IMG/VR virus record: IMGVR_UViG_3300021255_002737
Length of the DNA: 64,000 nt
Origin: a virus
Reading direction: 5' to 3' (one strand)
Shown here: piece by piece, positions 10,839 through 20,626 of the stretch
How positions within the stretch are numbered: the first letter of the stretch is position 1
Layout of the letters: each line of letters starts with the position of its first letter
Notes under the pieces: model-generated
What the model saw: the letters and a program-made list of their open reading frames with translations, nothing else
The model's database searches: none
Told to the model about the DNA's origin: nothing
Translations under genes and position numbers: made by a program

Positions 10839-11030
10839 ATCAAAAGTTTAATCAAAGTTTTACTTAGCGTTCTAAAACATGTTCTATTTTTGCCATATTT
10901 AATGCGCCTATATGCCTTTTCTATGTGTTTTCTCAGCATATTTTGTGCAATACCAATGGACATTTATTTCAAGATACCATAGAAATATGCACAGAAGGTT
11001 ATGTCTCCTATGCATATTTGCTATAGTATC

Positions 11031-14000
11031 TTAACGGAAACCGTGTCGTTTTTGGTTATGGAGAATCGATTGGAACGCTCTTGGGTTCCTCTGGATCGCA
11101 TTCATAACATCATCACTGGATGCGTGTGTATTCAGTACAACGACATTACCAGAGCCATCGGAATTACCCATGTTCTTAATGGTATCCGTCTGCTCCTGCA
11201 TGAGCTGTTCCATGCGTGCATTCGGATTCGTCACACGGACTCCTTCGGCTCTCTTTGCTACACGTGGGGAAATCTGTGGAACATATGGTGTTGGATTCAA
11301 CGCACCACCATCGGCAAATGCACCGTAATTCATGGCATCCAGATTGTCCTTACCAATGCGGCTCGTTGCTTCCGCTGTCATGACATATTCGCCATTAGAA
11401 AGAAAAACGAACCTGTCCTTGTCCGCTAGATATGCGAGGATACTATCAGATTTACCAGTGCCAGCACCACGAATCATACCGCCGTTAGCATACGCTCTGC
11501 TCAGTAATCCGCCCATAGCATGACCACCCAGACTAATGGATGGCGTAGAACCTGCCATGAGCATTGCTTCGGTGAGTGCTTGCATCTGCAATGTCTGTGC
11601 CTGAGTTGTCACTGTATTCGTCTGGACAGCCGTTGTATTCATTGTGTCTTTCAGGTTAGAGGTCTGTGTCAACGTATTGGAAACATTGGTGAGTGCCGTT
11701 GCTTTCTGTGTGACATTACTGAGTTGACTAGTTGCTTGTACAGACTTGTTCACGGAGGATGCGAGTTCTCCACCACTGGATTTCATGGGGAAGTAATTGC
11801 CATTCAGTACACCGTTGCTCATATCAAGATAACGATTACCCGTTGCAACCTGTGTCCATCTCCTTGGTGTAGCCGTGAATCTCGACGCATTATTTGCAAG
11901 AAGTCCAACACCTGCATTGACAGCCGCGTTCTTCCCTGCATTACGATTACTGATTGCATCGTCAATCGTTGTTCTTGCATTGAACAGCCAACGGTTGACC
12001 GTCATTCTCATGATCTGTTGCAATGCAATCTTAGCAACGTCATCCCAGAGCTTTTTCCATGACTCTTTGAAGGAACTACCTTGCTTGATAATATCGAAGA
12101 ACATATCATCAATATCACTCTCAATGGTGCTCCAGAGATTCTTTGTGACTTCATCGTCCTTCTCAGCAATCTCACGGATTTTCGCTTCTGTTTCTTCGAC
12201 CTCTTTTTGTATTTTCTGGAAGTTCTCACTGCCATGCTTTGAAAGCTGGTCAATGTTTTCCTTGAGGTCTTTGGCCTTTGCCTTGAGTTCCGCAATCTTA
12301 TCCTTGGCCTCATCCGTGTTGTCGCCCTTGTATTGAGCAAGTCCCTTCTCTACGAGTTCACCCTTCTCGTTGTGCTTACCATTCTGGATATCATCAAGCT
12401 GTTCGTAGTATTCCTCAAGCTGTTCTTGGTCACGCCTACGAATATCCATGAGACTTTCCCTTTGTCTCTTTAGTCTCTCGTTGTAAATATCAATTTGAGA
12501 CTGATAGAGTTCATGGGTATCCATATACTTTTCCTCGTCAGTTTTATTGGAAGTTGTACGGTTATACCATTCCTCAAGGCGTTTCAGACGGAAGTCCTCA
12601 TCCTGTTCAGGAGTCATATAGCCATTGCGAATCTTTTCATTTACACGTAACTCAGCGAGTTTGCTATCGGCGTTGCTTAACTGCTCACGAACCTTAAAGA
12701 GGTTATCAACGAGTTTCTTGAACTCATTATCCTTCTTACTGGTTAAATCAGCGAGCTTTCTTAATTCGTCCTGTGGCATGTCATAAATGCTTTTGCCGTC
12801 GAGTTTATTTTTGATTTCTACGTGCTGATTAAGGTATTCGTCAATATCGTCCGTAAGATTATCATAGGTCTCAACCCATCCCTTACGGTTTTTCTCTACG
12901 GCTTCATAGTATGACTTTTCGCTTGCATCGTTTGCACGAAGTAATTCATAGGTATCGCCATGAATCTTCATCTGATACTCGATGTTTTTCTTCTTCGCTT
13001 CGTAGAGTTTTTGCTGACGGTCTTGGTCATAGATAGTTTCTGCAATTTGATCTCTTGTGAAATCTGCAAGGGTACTCTTGCGACCATCCCAGAAAGACGG
13101 TTTACGAATACTATTAGCATTGCCCTGCATCGGGCCATTGTGATAGCGATTCCATGCTTCGGTGCCTGTACCATCACCAACAAGAGGGCCTGATGCAGAG
13201 TCAACAGTTCTTCCGTCGTTACCCTGACCAAAGGACACATCGTAGTGAGTGCCACTTTCAACCGCGGCAGAAACACCATAATCTCCAAGAATATCTTTAA
13301 GTACTGCCCCATTATTGTCTATGGACAAGTCTGCTTTATACCCCGCATAGTGTCCCCACGGAGAATTTGAGTGTCCCGAGCCACCAGTCAACGATGTAAT
13401 GGCTAATTTTTGACCAGTTGCGGCATAATAACGGTTTGCAATGATATTGATAAGCCTACGGACGTATGGCTGTAGATTCTCAATGTTATCCCAGCTGCCA
13501 CTCATTGTGATATATCGAGAGTCAAGGCCATACATAGACTTATCATCAACATCGTAGCCGCCACTCTGGATACCATTGACATCACCAGAAGCTCCTTGTC
13601 CTTGACCAATGAGTCCTTCTGACATGATACCTCTCATGCTTGCGGCATAGTCATTAGGATTAGCCGTGAAATATCCATTGGCATACATGCCATTAGCAAG
13701 TTCCTCTGGACTAGACGGCTCAGAATCAAAGTCGTTGTCAATTGTATTGGCAAGTTTTGTTGTAAAGTTATCGTCACTACCTTCGTCTACATCTTCGCCA
13801 CCATCCATACCAGCAAAGTTGTGATTCCGTTTTGCAGCATCGCGCTTGCCACGAGCTGACTCATGCATCATGATGAGCCAATACCAGAGAGGATTCTTGA
13901 CCTTCCGTGCTTTACCAGCGGCATCTACGGCGAGTTCCCAAAGATGTGCTTCGTCTGAATCATTGCCAATGTATGCTTGACCATCGGCAGAAACAGAGCC

Positions 14001-15938
14001 ACTATAGCCACCAAGGTCATAGAGTCCACCTGCTTGCTCATTTGGATCACTGAATCTTTGGTCATTCTTATTGTAATCATAGTGATTACGGAGGAACAAT
14101 GCTTTATCGTTTAACCATGTTTTCCAGTCTTGATCCGTAATGCCAGGCGTAAGGTGTCCCAGTGCTTCTGGCACAGAGAGTCCCTGGGCAAGATATGGTG
14201 CCATCTTCTCATAAAACAAACGTCCAGATTCCCATGTATTGCGTCCACCAGTGCCAAATGGGTCAGACACACCATCGAACTCAAGAGTATTAATACCAGT
14301 CAATTTCGTGACAATAGCAGACAATGTAGCGATGTCAAGGCCATTCCTTGTATCAAAGTTGGCCTCAAACTTTTTAGACAACTCTGCAAACATCTGTGAT
14401 GTCGTGTCGCCATACTGCCAATCCTCTTTTGGGTCTTTCTTTGTGCGTTCACCGCCACTACTACCGCGCTTTTGTCTTTCACTAGGTGTACGATTATACA
14501 CGTCGCCACCAGCACCTTCACCGGAACCCCATTTTTGCAAGAAGTCATTAGGGTCATTAACAACAGGGGCACTTGTATTAAGTCCACTGGCAAGATTCGA
14601 TGCTTCCTGTGTGGCTTTATCAGCCGCCGCTATGATTTTATCGTATCCTGCATGGTATGCTTCCATATACCTGTCGCCCTTAACATCCTCTTGTGCATTT
14701 TCTGCATTTTTGCGCATTTCTGCAACTCTTTGTGTTAAATTACGATACTGTACAACCTCTGCGTTTGACATATGGTAGTCTGGGTCATTGTATCTGTCAT
14801 TCATCTCGTCAATTTTGCTTTGCAGTTCATCTGCTTGCTTCGTATAGCTATTAGCCTGTGCTTGGTCGAACTGTTCTTTCATTTGATAAAAGGCAGTATA
14901 TGCATTTGCCCAATCGCCGAGTGCCTTAATTCTATCACTAATACCATTGCAGAACTCATATGTCTCTTGTTTCCAGGTATTGAGGTTATCCTGTGCGTTC
15001 TGCCAGTTATTCAGAGCCTCTTGCTGTTTTGCCGAAATAAATTCAGCCAATGCCCTTTTCTTGTCATCCGTTGCTTTCTTATAGTTGTCCCGCACCTTCT
15101 TTGTAGAATCATCTGTCCAGTTATCCGCTTGCATCTGTTGTACAGCAGACCATCCGACAACCTGTGCCATTTGGTTCTCTGTTTCGATACGATCCTCAAG
15201 GAGTTTCTTCTTCTTCTCGTCGCTGACCGTGGAACTCTCAATCTCTGCCGTGAGCTTCTGGTGAGCAGTAAAGAGTGCATCAAGAAACTCCTCCTGCTGT
15301 GTGTACATTTCAATCTCTTGGCGCTTCACTGCCACGCTATCCTGGATTGCTTCGGTCTGTTTCTGTACGGCATTTGTACTCTCATTGATGTTGCTTGTGA
15401 GTGCTTCAAGACCAAGGTCAAGTGCAAGAGAGACACCGAATGTTGCGGTGGCTTTCAGTAAACTAATACTGTTCTTTAGTGAAATGATAGCGGCTTTCAG
15501 TCCCCCTGCTGCTGTTGTTGCAGCAGCAAAGGCTGTTGACATGTTACTGATTGTCGCTGTTGCACCACTTGCTGTAATCATGTTTAACGATGTACGAACC
15601 ATTCTCATAGCTCTGTTTACAGCGTACATGATAGCAGCTAATTTCACCATGCTACCAAGGAAACTGTATGTGGATGTACTGACCGTAGACAGGTAATGTG
15701 CCAGATTATCTAATTCCGTAACGCATTCCTTGAGCCATTCGGTAAGGCCACTGTTGCCACCTTGTGCAACCATACCAGTCAAGTCGGCCTTGAGTTTATT
15801 AATGCGACGAGACAGGGAATCCATCTGGTTTTTCACCTGGTTATCCGTGAATCCCATGGAATTGACAGCAAGGCCCCAGTTCTTGATGATTTCCTGATAG
15901 TTACTGAACATTGCTGCTGCTTTTGCCCATTGAAACTT
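11031..15938 (-). CDS. tape measure protein, exon 2 (1635 aa)
   Basis: Hydrophobic segments, long coiled coil, glucosaminidase-like block (MMHESARGKRD...NFAGM), LAS/M15-like block (GHSNSPWGHYAGYKADLS), and a TMP C-terminal motif (GTGKSDSILAYL..GEYVMTAE). Confidence 0.85.
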   Translation of the reverse strand, partial: KFQWAKAAAMFSNYQEIIKNWGLAVNSMGFTDNQVKNQMDSLSRRINKLKADLTGMVAQGGNSGLTEWLKECVTELDNLAHYLSTVSTSTYSFLGSMVKLAAIMYAVNRAMRMVRTSLNMITASGATATISNMSTAFAAATTAAGGLKAAIISLKNSISLLKATATFGVSLALDLGLEALTSNINESTNAVQKQTEAIQDSVAVKRQEIEMYTQQEEFLDALFTAHQKLTAEIESSTVSDEKKKKLLEDRIETENQMAQVVGWSAVQQMQADNWTDDSTKKVRDNYKKATDDKKRALAEFISAKQQEALNNWQNAQDNLNTWKQETYEFCNGISDRIKALGDWANAYTAFYQMKEQFDQAQANSYTKQADELQSKIDEMNDRYNDPDYHMSNAEVVQYRNLTQRVAEMRKNAENAQEDVKGDRYMEAYHAGYDKIIAAADKATQEASNLASGLNTSAPVVNDPNDFLQKWGSGEGAGGDVYNRTPSERQKRGSSGGERTKKDPKEDWQYGDTTSQMFAELSKKFEANFDTRNGLDIATLSAIVTKLTGINTLEFDGVSDPFGTGGRNTWESGRLFYEKMAPYLAQGLSVPEALGHLTPGITDQDWKTWLNDKALFLRNHYDYNKNDQRFSDPNEQAGGLYDLGGYSGSVSADGQAYIGNDSDEAHLWELAVDAAGKARKVKNPLWYWLIMMHESARGKRDAAKRNHNFAGMDGGEDVDEGSDDNFTTKLANTIDNDFDSEPSSPEELANGMYANGYFTANPNDYAASMRGIMSEGLIGQGQGASGDVNGIQSGGYDVDDKSMYGLDSRYITMSGSWDNIENLQPYVRRLINIIANRYYAATGQKLAITSLTGGSGHSNSPWGHYAGYKADLSIDNNGAVLKDILGDYGVSAAVESGTHYDVSFGQGNDGRTVDSASGPLVGDGTGTEAWNRYHNGPMQGNANSIRKPSFWDGRKSTLADFTRDQIAETIYDQDRQQKLYEAKKKNIEYQMKIHGDTYELLRANDASEKSYYEAVEKNRKGWVETYDNLTDDIDEYLNQHVEIKNKLDGKSIYDMPQDELRKLADLTSKKDNEFKKLVDNLFKVREQLSNADSKLAELRVNEKIRNGYMTPEQDEDFRLKRLEEWYNRTTSNKTDEEKYMDTHELYQSQIDIYNERLKRQRESLMDIRRRDQEQLEEYYEQLDDIQNGKHNEKGELVEKGLAQYKGDNTDEAKDKIAELKAKAKDLKENIDQLSKHGSENFQKIQKEVEETEAKIREIAEKDDEVTKNLWSTIESDIDDMFFDIIKQGSSFKESWKKLWDDVAKIALQQIMRMTVNRWLFNARTTIDDAISNRNAGKNAAVNAGVGLLANNASRFTATPRRWTQVATGNRYLDMSNGVLNGNYFPMKSSGGELASSVNKSVQATSQLSNVTQKATALTNVSNTLTQTSNLKDTMNTTAVQTNTVTTQAQTLQMQALTEAMLMAGSTPSISLGGHAMGGLLSRAYANGGMIRGAGTGKSDSILAYLADKDRFVFLSNGEYVMTAEATSRIGKDNLDAMNYGAFADGGALNPTPYVPQISPRVAKRAEGVRVTNPNARMEQLMQEQTDTIKNMGNSDGSGNVVVLNTHASSDDVMNAIQRNPRAFQSILHNQKRHGFR

Positions 15939-16200
15939 CAATTTGTTACTCATAAAAAATAAGCCATAGCTTATCATTACGGGTACGGTCATTTCTGCCG
16001 TACTCTCACGTTTTATTTCATGACTATATCGTGAGTTCGGACTATACATTCATCCCTCGACTTTACGTTAGGGAGGCTATTTGTAGTCTCTACGGTTCCC
16101 TATATAGGTTTTACCACGGTCTTGTCCTGTCATTAGGAGTTTAACCGTTATTAAAGCATACTAATAATATATTTCTATATTATGCGGCAAGTTTAGGTCT
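15939..16200 (-). ncRNA. group I self-splicing intron, 262 nt, no ORF
   Basis: P/Q/R/S elements are present in order. P1 has a U.G wobble at the 5' splice site; there is a 6-bp P10, an omega-G, and in-frame exon ligation. Details are in the findings. Confidence 0.8.
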
Positions 16201-18363
16201 ACCGCCACTCATTTGAATCCAGAGGTCTTTCAGGTTTTTGTTTGTCCCTTGGGCAGCAACAGCAACATCCATTAAGACAGCCTGTGCAGAGCGAACTTTG
16301 GTGACACCATTGACAACCTCTGTGGTTGCAATGCCGAGCTTATTGAGTTCCTTTACAGCCTTATCGCTATTGAACGATGCAAGCATTGTCTTGAGCATAT
16401 TACCAATTTCCGAACCACTCAATGCCGTTGCACGAGTACCTTGAGCAATGAGTGCATTAAGGAACTCGAAGGAGATTCCTGCCTGTTTAGCGACCGAACC
16501 AGAGCGTTCTACGCCAGCTGCAAGGTCTTGAGCAGAGACACCTGCATTGTGAGATAACTTGGTATATACATCGACAATCTTATTGGAATATGCCAATGCT
16601 TCTGCACTGTTCTTTGCAACAAGTCCGTACTGGAACATAGCTGCTTCTACGGCCTTTGTGGACTCTGCCATAGAGAAGTTATCGGCAACAGCCAGTTTTG
16701 CTGATTGAGAAACCAATGTATTGACCGTTGCTTGGTCTTTGTACATACGTCCCCAAAGTCTTGCAGATTCCATAACATCCTTTACAGACTCACCGTATGC
16801 GCTTGCCGTGTTAATGAGTGCTCGTTGCTCCTCTTGGTATTTCTCAATGGCTTCAGACGATTTACCTTCAAGCTGCGGCATGACCGTTGCCAAGTTATGC
16901 ATTTCCTCATCGAGTTTAACAAGAGAATTGAATGTTTCCGTTGGAACTGCAAAAGCCGCACCAAGCAATGAACCTGCGGTAATCCAATACAGATGACTAC
17001 GCAATTTCTGTTCAAACGACGCAAACTTTTTTGAAGGTTCAGTGTTGTTCACGTCTTTCTGGAAAGCCTCATACTCTTTCCGTACAGCTGCAAGGCTCGC
17101 TTTAACGTTATCCAGTGCGGCCTTATTTGCAGCAGTAGGATCGCTTTTCCAGAGGGCATAGACTCTCTGTTGAACATCTTCAAGTCTACGAAGTTCCCTT
17201 GTATACGATTGGATACCCTCTGCCCATTTACCAGTTGGATCAACTGGCTGTACAGAAGGTGTAGTTGGTGCAGGATTCTTTGTTGTGTTCATACTTCTCT
17301 GATAGGCTTCTTGTTCTGCCCTTACCTTTGCAATGGTAGTAGCAAGTTTATCAAGGTTTTGCCTTGCTTCCTGTGAGCCATCGTGTCTCCAGACGATATA
17401 CATCTGCTCCTGCAATGCCATCAACCGTGATAATTCCTGGGAATACGTCCTGAGTCCAGTTGACCATGCTTCAAGGTTCTTCTGCATAACAGCCTTGTTT
17501 TGTGCTTCGGAATTGTTGAATGAGCTGAATGGAGACGTGAATGTCTTTGCTCCGCCGATTTTCTGATATTCAGCAAGGAGTTGATTGAACTGTTTCATTG
17601 ATAACTCAAAGTCTGCTCTCTTGACCTGCTGTCCACGTTCCATAGCAAGAGTCTGTCTATCAATGATCCTTTCGATTTGTGTCTCAAGTTCTGCACGACG
17701 TTTTAACTCATCAATAGCAGCCTGAGTACTCCACTTATATGTCGAGTAGTTCTCACTATTGTAAACATTGTCACGAGCAATACCATATTCTCTGAGCTTT
17801 GTAATGACCTCATCCAACGCATTTCTGCGGTTATACCATGTAGATTCAGGAATGAGCTTATTGTTACTCTGGGCAATCGAAAGAGTGCGTGTTAACTGCT
17901 CGTACTTCTTGAGTAATTTATCAATAGCTTCATTGTCTTTAATAGCAGCTTCCTGCATCTTCGTCATGTCCTGAACAAGGTTATTGAAAGAGCTTGCCTT
18001 GATATTTTTCAGGGTATCTTCCAGAGTCTTTTCAAGGGAACGTAAAGACTGCTCTGTCTGCTCTACACCATTAACTTTAATGGATGCGCCCTTGTTCAGC
18101 AACTCAATGCCACGCTTAACCTCACGCAAATCCTCACTGATCGTGTGAAGGTTTGATTTGAAGTTATCATTAACACCAATATTTACATTGGAATTATTCA
18201 GTTTATCAACGAAATTCTTTGCACTTTCGAGGGATTTCTTGACACCCTCAATTTTATCCGTGCCATTGGCAATGATATTGATTTCATATACCAACTGTTG
18301 TTTGTCTGCCATTTTATCCCTCCAATTTGACATAAAAAAATAAGGGATACCATGTTTTACCAC
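16201..18363 (-). CDS. tape measure protein, exon 1 (721 aa)
   Basis: TP901-type TMP core (ATVMPQLEG...ASAYGESVKDVMESARLWGRMY). The last 6 codons and stop of the ORF-track ORF lie in the intron. Confidence 0.85.
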
Positions 18364-18384
18364 GATACCCCTTTGTTATATCAG

Positions 18385-18759
18385 TTATTCATCTTGGTGA
18401 TTGATTCTCCAGACACGATTTAGTTTTTTAAGGTCAACGTCTGGGTCGCACGGGTCATATGCGTCGGTTTCTATGACATCCTGTAAACGCTTATCTCTGT
18501 AAAACATCATTTGCATGGATGTTCCACCGAGTTGGTTACGAAAAGATACAACGATAACATAGAGGTTTTCACCGAATGGCCCATTCACAGAACGGAAACG
18601 CACGCTATCTGGTTCATTAAAAATGACTTGATCCACGCAATCATATGCGTATTGTTCTTTTGCGTTTAGGGTGTTGTCCTCTGCAAAACAAACAGATGAC
18701 ATGAGCAACATTGACAATAAGACAATGAGAATCCTTTTCATATAAACCACTCCTTTCAT
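18385..18759 (-). CDS. small secreted protein (moron candidate)
   Basis: 124 aa. Signal peptide MKRILIVLLSMLLMSSVCFA. Inserted between the chaperone and tape-measure genes. Confidence 0.6.
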   Translation of the reverse strand: MKGVVYMKRILIVLLSMLLMSSVCFAEDNTLNAKEQYAYDCVDQVIFNEPDSVRFRSVNGPFGENLYVIVVSFRNQLGGTSMQMMFYRDKRLQDVIETDAYDPCDPDVDLKKLNRVWRINHQDE

Positions 18760-18783
18760 AATAATAGTATATCATAATTATCA

Positions 18784-19388
18784 TTATTTTCCAAGGAGTG
18801 CGCGGATTGCATCATCACCCTCTAGCTGCTCTGTTGTGCCACCACCTTCGTATTGCTTACGAAGGGACTCACTGTTCTCGTTAATACCTTCCAGTAAATC
18901 TTCCATTTCATTTATCCGAAGATTTTCAATGTCACTGATGGTAAGACTCGTGTTCTGTACAAGACTTGCGATTAGATTTCTCCAGTGAGTTTCTTCGCCA
19001 GATTTAACGGACTGTTTTTTTTAAATTGAGAGACACGAAGATATACCATGATGATATTCCTTGCGACCTCAATATCGAGCCATTCTTCAATCTGTTCGCG
19101 AGTTTCACGATGGTCTAATGCCATCTCAATCATTTCCATGAGATCATCATAGAATCCATTGTCATAATTGATGTTACCTTCTGCATCCATGTCTACTTCG
19201 CCATCCTTGTCGATGACAGGGGCAAGCATGTATAAACCAAAGGAATCAGGGCTATAGTGCTGCGTGAAGTTCATAATCGTATGTAAATCCTTGAATCGAG
19301 CACTGTATACCTTATGTTTCTTTCCGTATCTATCACGAACAATCTCATAGAGTCCAATTACATTATCGTCATTTTTATTGTTGTCCAT
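18784..19388 (-). CDS. tail assembly chaperone GT-like -1 frameshift product
   Basis: The minus strand has TTTAAAAAAAAC at 19014-19025. The -1 frame is open from there to the TAA at 18784-18786 (..NLIASLVQNTSLTISDIENL..). Confidence 0.6.
18972..19388 (-). CDS. tail assembly chaperone (G-like)
   Basis: 138 aa, acidic, between the major tail and tape-measure genes. Slippery run near its 3' end. Confidence 0.7.
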   Translation of the reverse strand: MDNNKNDDNVIGLYEIVRDRYGKKHKVYSARFKDLHTIMNFTQHYSPDSFGLYMLAPVIDKDGEVDMDAEGNINYDNGFYDDLMEMIEMALDHRETREQIEEWLDIEVARNIIMVYLRVSQFKKNSPLNLAKKLTGEI

Positions 19389-19466
19389 AAATATACCTCC
19401 TTGGTATTTGATAGCTTAAACAAAGAGCTAACCGAAGCTAGCTCCAAGGTTAAACCGTCAAATCAA

Positions 19467-20207
19467 TCAGGCTGCAAGCGGTGTTACCGTTACAACAGCG
19501 AAATCGTCATGACCATCGCCCGGGTCAAGAATCTTAATCTTGAGCGACGGTGCCGTTGCCTTGTCACGCTCCGTCTCAATCTTGAGTTCGCCATCAGCAC
19601 GGACACGGCGAGCATAAATATCAATCTGATACTTGTTGCCCTCGGAATCCTCCGTGGTAAACATCCAGTTGAACGTTGCGACTTCCGGCATTGCATTCTT
19701 GAGCATCTCAGCACGAACACTGTTGGCATCCGTTGCCTTGAACCATACAGCATACTCGCCCTCTGCGGCACCTTCACCAAACGTTACACCACCAGTCTCC
19801 GTGACAGTGACATTCTTAGATGCATCGTTGCCATCAGGGTCGATAACTGCAATGGTCTCAACGCCAGTCAGCGATGCACCATCAATGAGGTTCTTAGAAG
19901 CCTTTGTGAGGAGAACACGGTAGTTACGCTTGCCACCCGTCGTAATCTTCGTACCCTGTGCGATCTGTACCTGGGAGAGCTTGAACTCCGCATTCGTAAT
20001 CTCTACGTTACCTTCCTTCTTGGAAATGTACGTATAGAGCGGGAACAGACCGTCACCACCATAGACATCCTCTGTCGTAGCCGTAATGTCCATCTTCATG
20101 CTCTGCGAAGTAGTCATCTCAGCAATCTTATTCGTGACACTTTTCAGTACACCTGCACCAATACCATGCAGGAGCAGTCCCTTATTCAAAAGGTCTTTAG
20201 CTGCCAT
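19467..20207 (-). CDS. major tail protein
   Basis: 246 aa, immediately upstream of the chaperone pair. No sheath gene is present. Confidence 0.7.
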   Translation of the reverse strand: MAAKDLLNKGLLLHGIGAGVLKSVTNKIAEMTTSQSMKMDITATTEDVYGGDGLFPLYTYISKKEGNVEITNAEFKLSQVQIAQGTKITTGGKRNYRVLLTKASKNLIDGASLTGVETIAVIDPDGNDASKNVTVTETGGVTFGEGAAEGEYAVWFKATDANSVRAEMLKNAMPEVATFNWMFTTEDSEGNKYQIDIYARRVRADGELKIETERDKATAPSLKIKILDPGDGHDDFAVVTVTPLAA

Positions 20208-20224
20208 TTACACATCATCCTTTC

Positions 20225-20626
20225 TCATGTGAAAATCAATGGAGTAAACTCCAGTCTATATTTATATACATTCGTAATCCCTGAACTTCTTTGTCCTTCT
20301 GCGCGGATACGTTCATCAAAATTCTCATGGACGATTTCTACGATTCGTTTACGGATTGGCTCTACGTCATCTCTATAAGATGTGTAGATGTCAATACGAA
20401 GAAGTCCAAGGTTCAAATAATCGTTCACTGTAGAAGTTGCGTCTGCAAAATAAAACGCAATAAACGGTAGATTTTCTACAGAAAATAACTCTGGTGCAAC
20501 ATCGTCTTGTCGATAGTGTTTAGAATAAGAAGATTCATCATTCACATCGACATTCAGTGCTTGAACCAGAGTTTCATCGTTCGTAAATAGATTCCAAAGC
20601 TCATTACCGTATTCAAAGGCGTTCAT
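20225..20626 (-). CDS. tail terminator/completion protein
   Basis: 133 aa. Position and ATGA-type coupling within the connector gene set. Confidence 0.5.
   Translation of the reverse strand: MNAFEYGNELWNLFTNDETLVQALNVDVNDESSYSKHYRQDDVAPELFSVENLPFIAFYFADATSTVNDYLNLGLLRIDIYTSYRDDVEPIRKRIVEIVHENFDERIRAEGQRSSGITNVYKYRLEFTPLIFT

Noticed and set aside
10261-11030. The idea that the gene-free regions (also 30838-31613 and 34574-36286) become coding if TAG is read as a sense codon.
   Set aside because: All six frames in these regions are also densely interrupted by TAA and TGA, so recoding TAG alone does not open any long frame.
19314-20378. Long plus-strand ORF (354 aa). Similar long antisense ORFs lie at 22476-23681 (+), 51154-52098 (+), 38417-39247 (-) and 45342-45893 (-).
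   Set aside because: Each lies exactly antisense to a gene with clear motifs (major tail, capsid, NrdD, the plus-block genes). Their composition is Cys/Arg/Leu-rich and unlike real proteins, and they have no RBS. They are shadow ORFs.
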